A program made the position numbers and the translations under genes. A stretch of 64,000 nt of DNA from positions 5,047,770-5,111,769 of the forward strand of contig MU054466.1 of the NCBI GenBank assembly GCA_013239625.1, read 5' to 3'. Positions 1 to 9,096 of the stretch are shown piece by piece. The DNA comes from Lama guanicoe. Its lineage: Eukaryota. The notes beneath the pieces are model-generated. The model did not search any database. It saw only the letters and a list, made by a program, of their open reading frames with translations, and was not told the DNA's origin. Numbering within the stretch: the first letter of the stretch is position 1; the number at the start of each line of letters is the position of its first letter.

Positions 1-122
1 GGAAGCCTTCCAGGACCATCCTGAAGAGGTCCATTTCCCTATAACACCTTCCTCCCATAGACTTGGCTACTCCTGTTTCAAAGCAATTTTATACTTATTA
101 ATGAATATTTGAGGTGGGGAGG

Positions 123-160
<38 letters not shown>

Positions 161-225
161 ACACACCTCTCCCTGCCCCTTGCACAGTGCCTGGCATGTG
201 GTAAACAGTAAACACTTGTTGAAGA
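1..225 (+). mobile_element. L2 3' fragment interrupted by (CA)n
   Basis: ggaagccttcc...gcacagtgcctggcatgtggtaaacagtaaacacttgttgaa resembles the L2 3' terminus. Confidence 0.5.
125..158. repeat. (CA)n microsatellite
   Basis: ~17 perfect CA units. Confidence 0.95.
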
Positions 226-400
226 GCTGGGCCTGGTTTGCTACTAGTTGGGGCCATTTGCAGAATTGGCGGCAGTGTTCCGTCTGGCCACCAGGGGGGG
301 CAGTGGTGCAGTTTTGGGCCGCCCAGGGTAGGGTCACCAGCAAATGGAAAGGCCCCTTCCACCACCCTTGTCTGACTTTAAGGACCTCCTTTTGTGCCAG

Positions 401-508
401 AAAACGGACATCACGGAGGCTGCCCTGGGGGTACTGAGACAGAGTCAGGTGAAGATGGTGTGGATAGTGGGCCGACGTGGACCCCTGCAAGTGGCCTTCA
501 CTATTAAG
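401..508 (+). CDS. FDXR: Ferredoxin (adrenodoxin) reductase, internal exon (human exon 7 equivalent)
   Basis: cag|AAAACG...ATTAAG|gt; encodes [36 protein letters not shown], including the VGRRGP NADP-binding region of adrenodoxin reductase. Confidence 0.96.
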
Positions 509-752
509 GTGCTGGGGCCTGAGGGAGAGGGGCCAGGGTCCCAAGTAGATGGTCTGCCCTTAGGAGGTGTGGCAGGGCAGAGCTGCCTGTGGTGGAAGAG
601 AGGGAGCCAGGCAGGGCCCCCCAAGGTCCAGTGCCTTCTGTGGTGGTGGGTGGTACTGGTATCTCCCACCTAGGCTGGGTTCTGGGGTGGGCTGAGGCTG
701 GACAGTGCTCTGGGCCTGATCTCTTCCCCCACTCCCCACCCCCACCCCCAAG

Positions 753-837
753 GAGCTCCGGGAGATGATTCAGTTACCAGGAACTCGGCCCATATTGGAT
801 CCTGCGGATTTCTTGGGCCTCCAGGACAGAATCAAGG
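753..837 (+). CDS. FDXR: FDXR exon (exon 8 equivalent)
   Basis: aag|GAGCTC...AAGG|gtgag; [28 protein letters not shown]; 85 nt, phase fits neighbouring exons. Confidence 0.95.
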
Positions 838-970
838 GTGAGGGGCCCTGGCCTGGCCCCCCAGCTCACTAGAGAGGGGATGGTCTAGGTCAGAGAGGGC
901 TTGGGGGAGGGTGTTCGGGGAGAAGGCTGGAACCCAAAGACAGCCCTGAGATGTTCTGTGTTGCTGACAG

Positions 971-1170
971 AGGTCCCTCGCCCGAGGAAGCGGCTGACGG
1001 AATTGCTGCTTCGAACAGCCACAGAGAAGCCAGGGGTGGAGGAGGCTGCCCGCCAGGCATCGGCCTCCCGTGCCTGGGGCCTCCGCTTTTTCCGAAGTCC
1101 GCAGCAGGTGCTGCCCTCGGCAGATGGGAGGCAGGTGGCAGGCATCCGCCTGGCTGTCACCAGACTGGAA
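971..1170 (+). CDS. FDXR: FDXR exon (exon 9 equivalent)
   Basis: cag|AGGTCC...CTGGAA|gtgagt; [21 protein letters not shown]...[13 protein letters not shown]...VTRLE. Confidence 0.96.
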
Positions 1171-1253
1171 GTGAGTCTCCTGTTAGCCAAAGACACCCCC
1201 ATTCCTAAGTGTTCCCACCCACAGCCTGGTATTGCCCACACTGTCCCCAGCAG

Positions 1254-1425
1254 GGTGTCGGTGAGGCCACCCGGGCAGTGCCCACTGGAGATGTGGAGGA
1301 CCTCCCTTGTGGGCTAGTGCTAAGCAGCATTGGGTATAAGAGCCGCCCCATCGATCCCAGTGTGCCCTTCGACCCCAAACTTGGCATCATCCCCAATGTG
1401 GACGGCCGGGTCATGAATGTGCCAG
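1254..1425 (+). CDS. FDXR: FDXR exon (exon 10 equivalent)
   Basis: cagcag|GGTGTC...CCAG|gtgag; [53 protein letters not shown]. Confidence 0.95.
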
Positions 1426-2005
1426 GTGAGAGGGTGCAGTGGGGGACAGGGAAGCTGGTGTCTCCTGGGGTCATTCCCATTCATTCATTCATCTGGTGAC
1501 AGGTACTGAGAGCCAGGCCATGTCCCAGGACCCCATCCTGGGACTTACTCTAGCTGAGATGCCCACACCTATGCCTGGTTATTAAGTCATTCAATTTACT
1601 GAGGCCTGCTCTGAGCTAGGCCTAGTTCTGGGATTGGAGATTAGGCAGCAGCCCCTGTAATCAGCAAGCTTGCAGTCTGATTGTGTATCCACATACCAGT
1701 CTAGTCATTAATTCATTCAGTTAATGTTTACTAAGAGCCTGCTGAAGCAAGGTGGGCAGGACTCAGCTCCTACAGGGAGGTACTGATCTACAGGGACACT
1801 GAGGGGTAAGGGAGGATGGCATGGTAAAAATAGGTTGGGAACAGTTGAGAGCAGTGGGCCAGCAGCCACAGTGGGCCCACTGACGGATGCTGGAAGGCCA
1901 TGGGGTCAATGGATGCATGCACATGCAAGTTTGTATGGGGGCTGAGGCTTGCCAAGTGTGTCCAGCCCACTCCCCATTATTTACACCTTTGTTACCCATT
2001 CCCAG

Positions 2006-2176
2006 GCCTCTACTGCAGTGGCTGGGTGAAGCGAGGACCCACAGGCGTCATCACTACCACCATGACTGACAGTTTCCTCACAAGCCAGATTCTGCTGCAG
2101 GACCTGAAGGCCGGGCAGCTTCCGTCTGGTCCCAGGCCTGGCTATGCAGCCATCAAGGCCCTCCTCAGCAGCCGAG
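2006..2176 (+). CDS. FDXR: FDXR exon (exon 11 equivalent)
   Basis: cag|GCCTCT...CGAG|gt; [20 protein letters not shown], the FAD-binding motif. Confidence 0.96.
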
Positions 2177-2307
2177 GTCTGGGCCCCATGTGAGCTCCAA
2201 GGAGGGGGGGCGGTATCCCTGGACCTTCCCACTGTTTGGGAGTTGGGTGTTCGGGGCTAGAGTGGAGGAGGCGGTGGAGGCAGTGACTCGTCTTCCCTCT
2301 GCCTCAG

Positions 2308-2438
2308 GGGTCTGGCCTGTCTCTTTCTCGGACTGGGAGAAGCTGGATGCTGAAGAGGTGTCCCGGGGCCAGGGCACTGGGAAGCCCAGGGAGAAGCTGC
2401 TGGATCCTCAGGAGATGCTGCGGCTGCTGGGGCACTGA
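2308..2438 (+). CDS. FDXR: FDXR terminal coding exon
   Basis: cag|GGGTC...; [43 protein letters not shown], the C-terminus of adrenodoxin reductase. Confidence 0.96.
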
Positions 2439-2736
2439 GCCCAGATCCTGGCCCGGCACGGAGAGGAGGAGTCCTGTGCAGGGGAGAGGGACTGAGCTGG
2501 ACTCCGCACCACAGCTGCATCATTTGCTGGTCCTGGCATGGGGCCTTGGCTGCCTCTTTTCCAGGGGGTTCTGAGCACTTCCTTATGCCAGAAGGTCACT
2601 CTTGCCAGTGTGGATTTGACTCTCAGCAAGGAGATAACCTTAGTTAGAGATGGGTGCCAGGTGCAGGCTGATCTTCCTCCCTCCTGCCTCTCTCCTGCTG
2701 GACTGTGGAGGGTCACCAGGTTGGGAATAGGCTGGA

Positions 2737-2742
2737 AATAAA
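2737..2742 (+). terminator. FDXR: FDXR polyadenylation signal AATAAA
   Basis: First AATAAA, ~300 nt after the stop; followed by GU-rich gtggttgatgtg at ~2763. Confidence 0.8.
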
Positions 2743-2807
2743 ACACCTGCAACCCAGGATCAGTGGTTGATGTGCGACTTCTTTAGGGGCCCCGGGTCAC
2801 CTTCCAG

Positions 2808-2840
2808 CTGCAGCTCCCCTCCAGTCACCAGGTGGCGCTG
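2808..2840 (+). promoter_or_regulatory. Candidate CTCF site: core plus upstream motif
   Basis: CTGCAGCTCC-5 nt-AGTCACCAGGTGGCGCTG matches the CTCF core (CCACCAGGTGGCGC) with a TGCAG upstream module at canonical spacing. Confidence 0.7.
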
Positions 2841-3289
2841 CAGGGCCAGCTCCCTGCTCAGGGACCTCTTGGGGGCTTGAGGGGTTTTGGCAGCCAGGCC
2901 TGGCACCCACCCTCTTTTCCTCAGCTTGTCCCTGCTGCTGCGGCCTGCGTGCCTTCTGCACACACTGCAGGCACCCTTTGACCCCAGTCTGCTTGCTCTG
3001 CTGGCTTCACTGCCTGGTCCCCTCCCTGGTGAGTCCCCAGTACAACCAAAACAAGAACAGAAGAGAAAAAGTGGGAGTGAGGGAGCTAGGCAGCAGCTTG
3101 TCAGAGCTCCTCCCTGTGGCCCCTCTATCTGGTGAGGGTCCCCTACTCCGTGGCTTCCAACACCTTCCTGCTTTGTCGGTTTTCAGCCAGACCGACAAGC
3201 CTTTTAAAAATAGTACCTGAATCTCCGTAGTGCTTTGCAGTTTGCAAAGCGTGGTCACCGTCTTTGTGCTAGCCCCCAAGATGCTGGCC

Positions 3290-3370
3290 TCACTTTATAG
3301 ACGGATGGAGTCTCGAAATTAACTGGCCCAAGGTCACACACCCAGTGAGCTTCGGCCTCGAACCCAGGGC
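3290..3370 (-). mobile_element. MIR fragment
   Basis: ttaactggcccaaggtcacacacccagtgag...ctcgaacccagg is the reverse complement of the MIR core. Confidence 0.55.
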
Positions 3371-3429
3371 TCCGGGCAGCCCGTTTTTTCCGAGGCTGCA
3401 CTTGGCCCCGAGTGTCGGGTCTGGGGACA

Positions 3430-4330
3430 CAGCCCTAGAGACGGGAGGAGGGACCCAGGCGCCTGGCGCACTGGCGGGCAAGGAGGGGCTGGAGCAGCGC
3501 GGGTGCTGGCGGCGGGGGGGGCCGGCCGGGGCGGGCCGGGGCGGGGCGGAGGCGGCAGGCCCCGGTGGGGCGGGCCCGCGCGGGCGGCGGCGAGCGCTTC
3601 GCCACAGCCGGCTGGCTGGCTGGCCCCGGGAGCCGGAGGCGCGGCGTGCAGCGCAGCCCGGGACGGAGCCGGGCGCCTAGCGGGCCACGGGAGGGGCGCG
3701 GGGCGCGGGGGCGGGCCCGGCCCAGCCCGCCAGGCCGCGCCACGGGCACTGGCCCCGCGGCGCCCGGGCTCAGGCGCCCGCCGAGCTAGGACAGAGCGCG
3801 CCAGCGCGCGGAGCCGAGGCGGCGGGACATGCTCCGCGCGGGAGGCGGCCGGCGCGGGCTCTGGGCGCGGGCGCAGCGCCCCTTCCCCTCGGTGAGTGGC
3901 AGGCGGCGAGCCGGGGGCGCCAACTTGGCCAACTTGGGGCTGGGCTCAGGCGACGCGCGGGCAAGGACGACGGAGACAGAGGCGGGACACTGGGGAGAGT
4001 CTGGCTGGCGCAGGGAGCCCGAGGAGGGGGGCGGTCGGGGGACCGAGACTCTCGGGGTCCCGGCCTGGGGTTTGGACCGGGGCGGCCGGAGAGGAGGTGA
4101 GGAAGAGAGGCCCAGGTGACAGGCGCGCGGCGGACGCGAGGGAAGGACGCGGGCGAGGCGCCCAAGACATTCGTCTCCCGGGTCGCCGAGCCCTCCAGCT
4201 CCTTCTCCCGGCGCCGCGGCACCGCAGGGGAGGGGGCGGTGCGGGACGATGGAGTCTGGGCTGCCGGCCCTGCAACTGTTGCTGCTGGAACCCGGGCGGG
4301 GTGGGGAGGGAGCGGGGCTGTGAGCTGGGG
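3430..4330. promoter_or_regulatory. GRIN2C: CpG island / GRIN2C promoter with clustered GC boxes
   Basis: Very GC- and CpG-dense; multiple GGGGCGGG Sp/KLF boxes at 3520-3575 and 3690-3720; no TATA box seen; boundaries approximate. Confidence 0.85.
3600..3891 (+). other. GRIN2C: Candidate GRIN2C upstream first exon (5' boundary uncertain)
   Basis: Lies in the CpG island just downstream of the GC boxes; ends at a strong donor TCG|GTGAGT (3892). Confidence 0.6.
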
Positions 4331-5412
4331 CCCTGGCTGGGTTCGCCAGAGAGAAGGGAGCTGGAGAGGACATGGGGCAGAGAGGACGAAGAGGGGCTGT
4401 CGGTGGTTCCAGAAGCCCAGCCCCCTGCTCCCGGAGGTTTGCTGAGCACCTACTGCGCACATCTGCTTTCACACCCCTGCCCTTTCACCCGCCGTGAGTC
4501 CCCCCAGGTCCTCCCCTCCTAGCTCTTCCTTTTCTCCGCCGCCCCGCATAACGCTCCCTCCTCTGACCTCAGGGAATCAGCCTGGGCTTCACCCGTTGGT
4601 GGGATCTTCCCAAACGCTGACCTCACTCCCAGGCGGACCCAGGCTCCGAGGGTGGGAAAGGACGGGGTGGGGGGCAAAGAGGACCCGGGACAGCCGTGAG
4701 CCCCTGTGCTCTGGGCCCTGGCTGCTGCACCAGCGGGTTGCTCTGGTCTGCTGGGTCTTCCATCAGGATCCCCGACGGTGGGGAAGGGAAACCCCGAGTA
4801 TCCTGCTGCGGAAGGCCGTTCGTGCCTAGGCCTAAGCGCGCAGGGCCAGTGCCAAGAGAAGTCAAAGGCAGCCAGCAGCTAAAAAATCCCCAAGGGTGCA
4901 TACCACGACACATCCAGAAGTCCTGCTGGGTGAGTGAAGGGGGAATTCTCACTGGACCCTGAGCTCACTCCACTGGCCCTAGCCCTGCTCACCCGATGGG
5001 ACTTCTGGCTCGGTCCCCAGCCCTCCGATGGTGACACTGCCCTGGCTGGGTCCTGACCCTGGCCGTGGTGGAAACTGAGGGGAGGAACTTGGAGGGGACC
5101 AAGTGGGCTCTGTTTCGGAGCCCGTCTAGTTTCTGGCTGTGCAAATAAGTTGGGAGCCTGCTTCGAATAGATTCCGTACTAGAAACTCGAATAGCATCGT
5201 TAAAGGGATCGGGTAAGCCGGGAACCAAACTCCCGACTCCTGGGTTCGCCCTAGGGCAGGCCCGGGGTGGTAACCTCCCACAGCCCCGCCTGCCAGGCGA
5301 GCTCCGCAACCCCTACCCGCGGGGCTTGAGGTGGCGACCAACTTGGGGCAGTGGGGAAGGGGACCTAGAAGCCGGAACGCCCGCAGAGGGTAGCCGCGAG
5401 GCGAGGGGCGCG

Positions 5413-5546
5413 NNNNNNNNNNNNNNNNNNNNNNNNNNNNNNNNNNNNNNNNNNNNNNNNNNNNNNNNNNNNNNNNNNNNNNNNNNNNNNNNNNNNNNNN
5501 NNNNNNNNNNNNNNNNNNNNNNNNNNNNNNNNNNNNNNNNNNNNNN
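5413..5546. other. Assembly gap (134 N)
   Basis: Run of n. Confidence 0.99.
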
Positions 5547-5636
5547 CCCCTCCTCCCTCGGGGGGAGCCTGATGCCACGTTCCCTATGAATTATTTATCG
5601 CTGGCCTAAAAATACCCCGAACTTCACAGGCCAAGT
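5547..5636 (+). other. GRIN2C: GRIN2C alternative 5' non-coding exon (5' part lost in N gap)
   Basis: GATGCCACGTTCCCTATGAATTATTTATCG..CCTAAAAATACCCCGAACTTCACAG resembles the human NR2C cDNA leader as I recall it; ends at donor AAGT|GTAAGA; lies in a second CpG-rich patch. Confidence 0.7.
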
Positions 5637-6989
5637 GTAAGAGATTCCCCCGGGGGGTCCGGGGCGGAATCAGCGGGGAGGGGGGAGTTAGTCTTGGAGG
5701 AGGGAGACCTCGGTGCCCGCGCCAGTAGGGGCGTGATGGACAGGTGGTCGTCTCCCCTGACGCCTGGGTTCGGGTTTTAGCTCGGCAAAAGGGAGGGAGG
5801 GAAACCCGACGGCAAAGCAGAGGCCGCTCACTCGGAGGGAAGTGGATCCAGAGGAGCCGCGGAGCCTGGGTCCCTCGGCTCCCCGGAGGTGGCGCGGCTG
5901 GTGGGTGGGGCCGACTCCTGGGACCGAGGCTCCTGGCCTGGGAGAGAGGATATCCATCAGACGTCTGGAGTGCGAGTCTGTGTGCATGTCCGTGTGTGGG
6001 AGCCTGCCTGAGACTGGGGGAGCACATGGAGATGCTCAGGCGGTTCAAGGTGATGCTGAGTGTCCCGGAAGACTGACCACTGTCACCCTTCCCCTGGATC
6101 CTTTTTGGGGGTCCGTCTATTCATCAAATATTAACAACCCGTTTGTGAAACGGGTGGACCCCAAGTGGGTGGGCAGAGATCTCTAAGACAATAGTCCAGT
6201 GTGGGTAAGGGGCATCTTGGGCTGGCAAATACCTGCCACGGGGCAAAATGAGGGAAACAGTGGCAGAGGAGCTCCCCAACCCAGGAGAAGGGGGGGTGTG
6301 GGGTGGGGGGAAGAAAGGCAACCAGCCTAGAGCCAGACCCAGACCTTCTGTCTTGTCACCCATGTTTCCAGAGCCTGGAAGGACTAAGGTAGTTGCGCTG
6401 TGGGAGGAGGATTGAGGTTGGGCTCTGGAAATTCTGGAATTTTTTGGGTAGACAAGACAGAGGTGGTGGGAAGAGGGCATTCTAGCCTGAGGGAACAGCA
6501 GAGCAAAAGTCTAGAGGCGAGGACAGTAGGGTCATCCCTAGGTGGCAGGAGTGTGGGGTCCACGGAGGGGAGGACAGTTGGTTGGGGTCAGGGTGTGTGG
6601 GGCTCTGTCCATGAAACCCAGTGTCTGGACTTAATTTGTGGGCACCAGGGAGCAGCTGTGCTGTTCGAGGAGGGGTGCAGTGGCCAGACAAATGTTTCAG
6701 GCCAGTGGGGCCTCCCCTCCTGCCTTGTGTGGGAGGCTGGATGCCATGTGGTGCTAAGATTCTGGAGTCTACATCTCTTTGAATCTGCCTGTTGCTATTT
6801 TAAATTCACAGACTTGCCTGATTGGGACCCCTCCCTCCAGAGGCATCCTGAGATCAGTTTCTGTGAGAGGCAAGACCTGCCTCAACTTTCCTCCTCAACT
6901 CCAGTCCTGGAGGCACCTTCCAATCAGAGAGAGTCTCTGGGGACAGCGCCCCCTTGGAGCTGAGGGAGGCCCTGGGTCCTTCATCTAGA

Positions 6990-7275
6990 GCCACGTTGTC
7001 CAAAAGAAACCAAGTGAGAGCTCATGTAGACACATTAGAAAAAGTAAAAAGAAAGGTGAAATGAATTCTAAGGCTATATTGTGTTTAGCTCTGTGTATCT
7101 TAAATGTTCTTTTGACATGTAATCCATAAAAAATATTAATGAGATGTTTTCTTTTTTGAATACTAAGTTATCAATAGCCAGTGTGTATTTGACATGACAT
7201 GCCTCAATTCCGACGAGACACATCTGAGTGCCTGATAGTCACACGTGACTGGAGGCTGCTGTGCTGGGCAGCAGA
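6990..7275. mobile_element. MER33-like hAT-Charlie DNA transposon remnant
   Basis: ttgtccaaaagaaa...cacattagaaaaagtaaaaagaaaggtgaaat...attaatgagatg...gtcacacgtgactggaggctgctgtgctgggcagca. Confidence 0.7.
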
Positions 7276-7824
7276 GGTCTGGACCTCAGAGCTGGGAGGC
7301 AGAGGCGGGGGAAGCTTCGAGCTTCCCAGAGGGTGGAGAACCTACAGGGATGGGCAGGGATGAGCACAGAGAGGCCTTGCCAAGGGCAGACAAGCACGGG
7401 AGTGCCCTTTTCAGGTGTAATTTGAAATCTCTGGTTGGAGGTAGCTGCAGGCAAGCACGCTTAGGCTCACACACGACTCACGCATGTCTCCAGGTTGACA
7501 TTCAAAGTCAGTGTACTAAGAAATCATACACAGGGGGAATTTCAAGGGCACAAAAATGAGTACAGTATTCTCTCCCCTGCCAAAAATCCTGTCTTCTTAT
7601 CCTGAATTAAACCAGGCCCAGCCTGGTCACACTTTGACTCTTCCCTGTTCAAAAGTTTTGTCGGGGATGTGATGGAGATGGAGAGAGGGCAAAGCTGTGG
7701 CCGGTGGCCAGCTGGGAAGGAGAACTGCATCCATGGGTACCACTCACCGGTGTGGCTATCAGTCGTAGTCCAAAGCAATGATGCTCATTTAGCAGGGATA
7801 CACGTCAGGCCCTTGGGTTACGGA

Positions 7825-7854
7825 AAACCAAACCAAACCAAACCAAACCAAACC
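7825..7854. repeat. (AAACC)n pentanucleotide repeat
   Basis: ~6 units. Confidence 0.9.
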
Positions 7855-8093
7855 CTCATATCAGTGATGGCCTAGGGAGGCAGCTCATGTGTGAGATACC
7901 TTGGGGATTCAGGTGACTCTGAGCCCTGAACAAATCAACTGTGTCACATGCCTGCTGTAGATGAGCTGCTACTTATTGAGGCAACGGGGGTAGGGTAGGG
8001 ATGTCCAGTGCCCAGGAAGAGCCAGGCAGCCTTATTGCAGAGCAGGGTTCTCGGAGATGTTAGGTTCAGTTTAGGATGGAGAAGGGTGCACAT

Positions 8094-8121
8094 TGTGTGT
8101 GTGTGTATGTGTGTGTGTGTG
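8094..8121. repeat. (TG)n microsatellite
   Basis: Direct reading, one interruption. Confidence 0.9.
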
Positions 8122-8199
8122 TTACAAGAGCTGCCTGCCTCCCCCTGGCTGTGGGGCTGTCACCTGTAGGATAAGGATGCTGATTGTGAAATAGGTCCT

Positions 8200-8325
8200 A
8201 TGATTGTTGCAGGCAAGAAAACATGGCTCAGAGAGGCTAAGCAACTTCCCAAGATCACACAGTTAGTACGTGGCAGAACTGGGACTTGAACTCAAGTCTC
8301 TCCAACTCAAATCCATGCACTTGGC
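8200..8325 (-). mobile_element. MIR
   Basis: ggctcagagaggctaagcaacttcccaagatcacacagttagt...gggacttgaactcaagtct. Confidence 0.75.
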
Positions 8326-8697
8326 ACCAGATTAGCATTTGCTGTGTACCTTCCTGAGGCAGAACCCAGATGGATGAGTTTCCAAACATGATGTTCAACC
8401 ATAAAATGGAAGGAATGAGCACCTAGCCCGGCATGTTCTTCCCAGCCCCCGCCCTCTGGGCTGCGCTTGGACGCTCAGCTAACCTCTGTCTCTTTCTCTT
8501 TGTCTGTCTGTGTCTGTCTGTCTCCCCCTCTCTCTGCCTCTCTTTGTGGTGGGAGGTTCCCCCTCTTCTCTTTCATCCTCTGGATGTGTGTCCCTCTGAC
8601 TCTGGCCTTTGTCTCCTCTCTGCCACTCCTTCCTCTCTGTCCCTCTGCCTCCCTCCCCATGCCTATCCTGGTCTCTCCACAGGACCCTCCGGTGGAC

Positions 8698-9096
8698 ATG
8701 GGTGGGGCCCTGGGGCCAGCCTTGCTACTCACCTCACTCCTCGGTGCCTGTGCAGGGCTGGGCCCTGGGCAGGGCGAGCAGGCTGTGACAGTGGCCGTGG
8801 TGTTTGGCAGCTTGGGGCCATCGCAGGCCCAGGCCCGTATCCGCCTCACCCCCCAGAGCTTCCTGGACCTGCCCCTGGAGATCCAACCACTCACTGTGGG
8901 GGTCAACAACACCAACCCCAGTAGTCTTCTCACCCAGATCTGTGGGCTCCTGGGTGCTGCCCGCGTCCATGGCATCATCTTTGAGGACAACGTCGGCACT
9001 GAGGCCGTGGCCCAGATCCTGGACTTCATCTCCTCCCAGACCCACGTGCCTATCCTCAGCATCAGTGGGGGCTCTGCCGTGGTCCTCACCCCTAAG
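8698..9096 (+). CDS. GRIN2C: GluN2C (NMDA receptor subunit 2C) first coding exon; acceptor at 8683
   Basis: gtggacATGG; [22 protein letters not shown] signal peptide, then ATD ...[44 protein letters not shown]|gt. Confidence 0.97.

Noticed and set aside
3345-4522. Many 100-230 aa ORFs in the CpG island
   Set aside because: Stop-codon depletion in very GC-rich DNA; low-complexity products
4678-4698. RE1/NRSE-like sequence (GAGGACCCGGGACAGC); a right half-site GGACAGCGCC at 6941
   Set aside because: Too many left-half mismatches to call without a matrix scan or ChIP data
8659-8697. In-frame intronic ATG ([13 protein letters not shown]) upstream of the GRIN2C start
   Set aside because: Lies in the polypyrimidine tract with a pyrimidine at -3; removed by splicing
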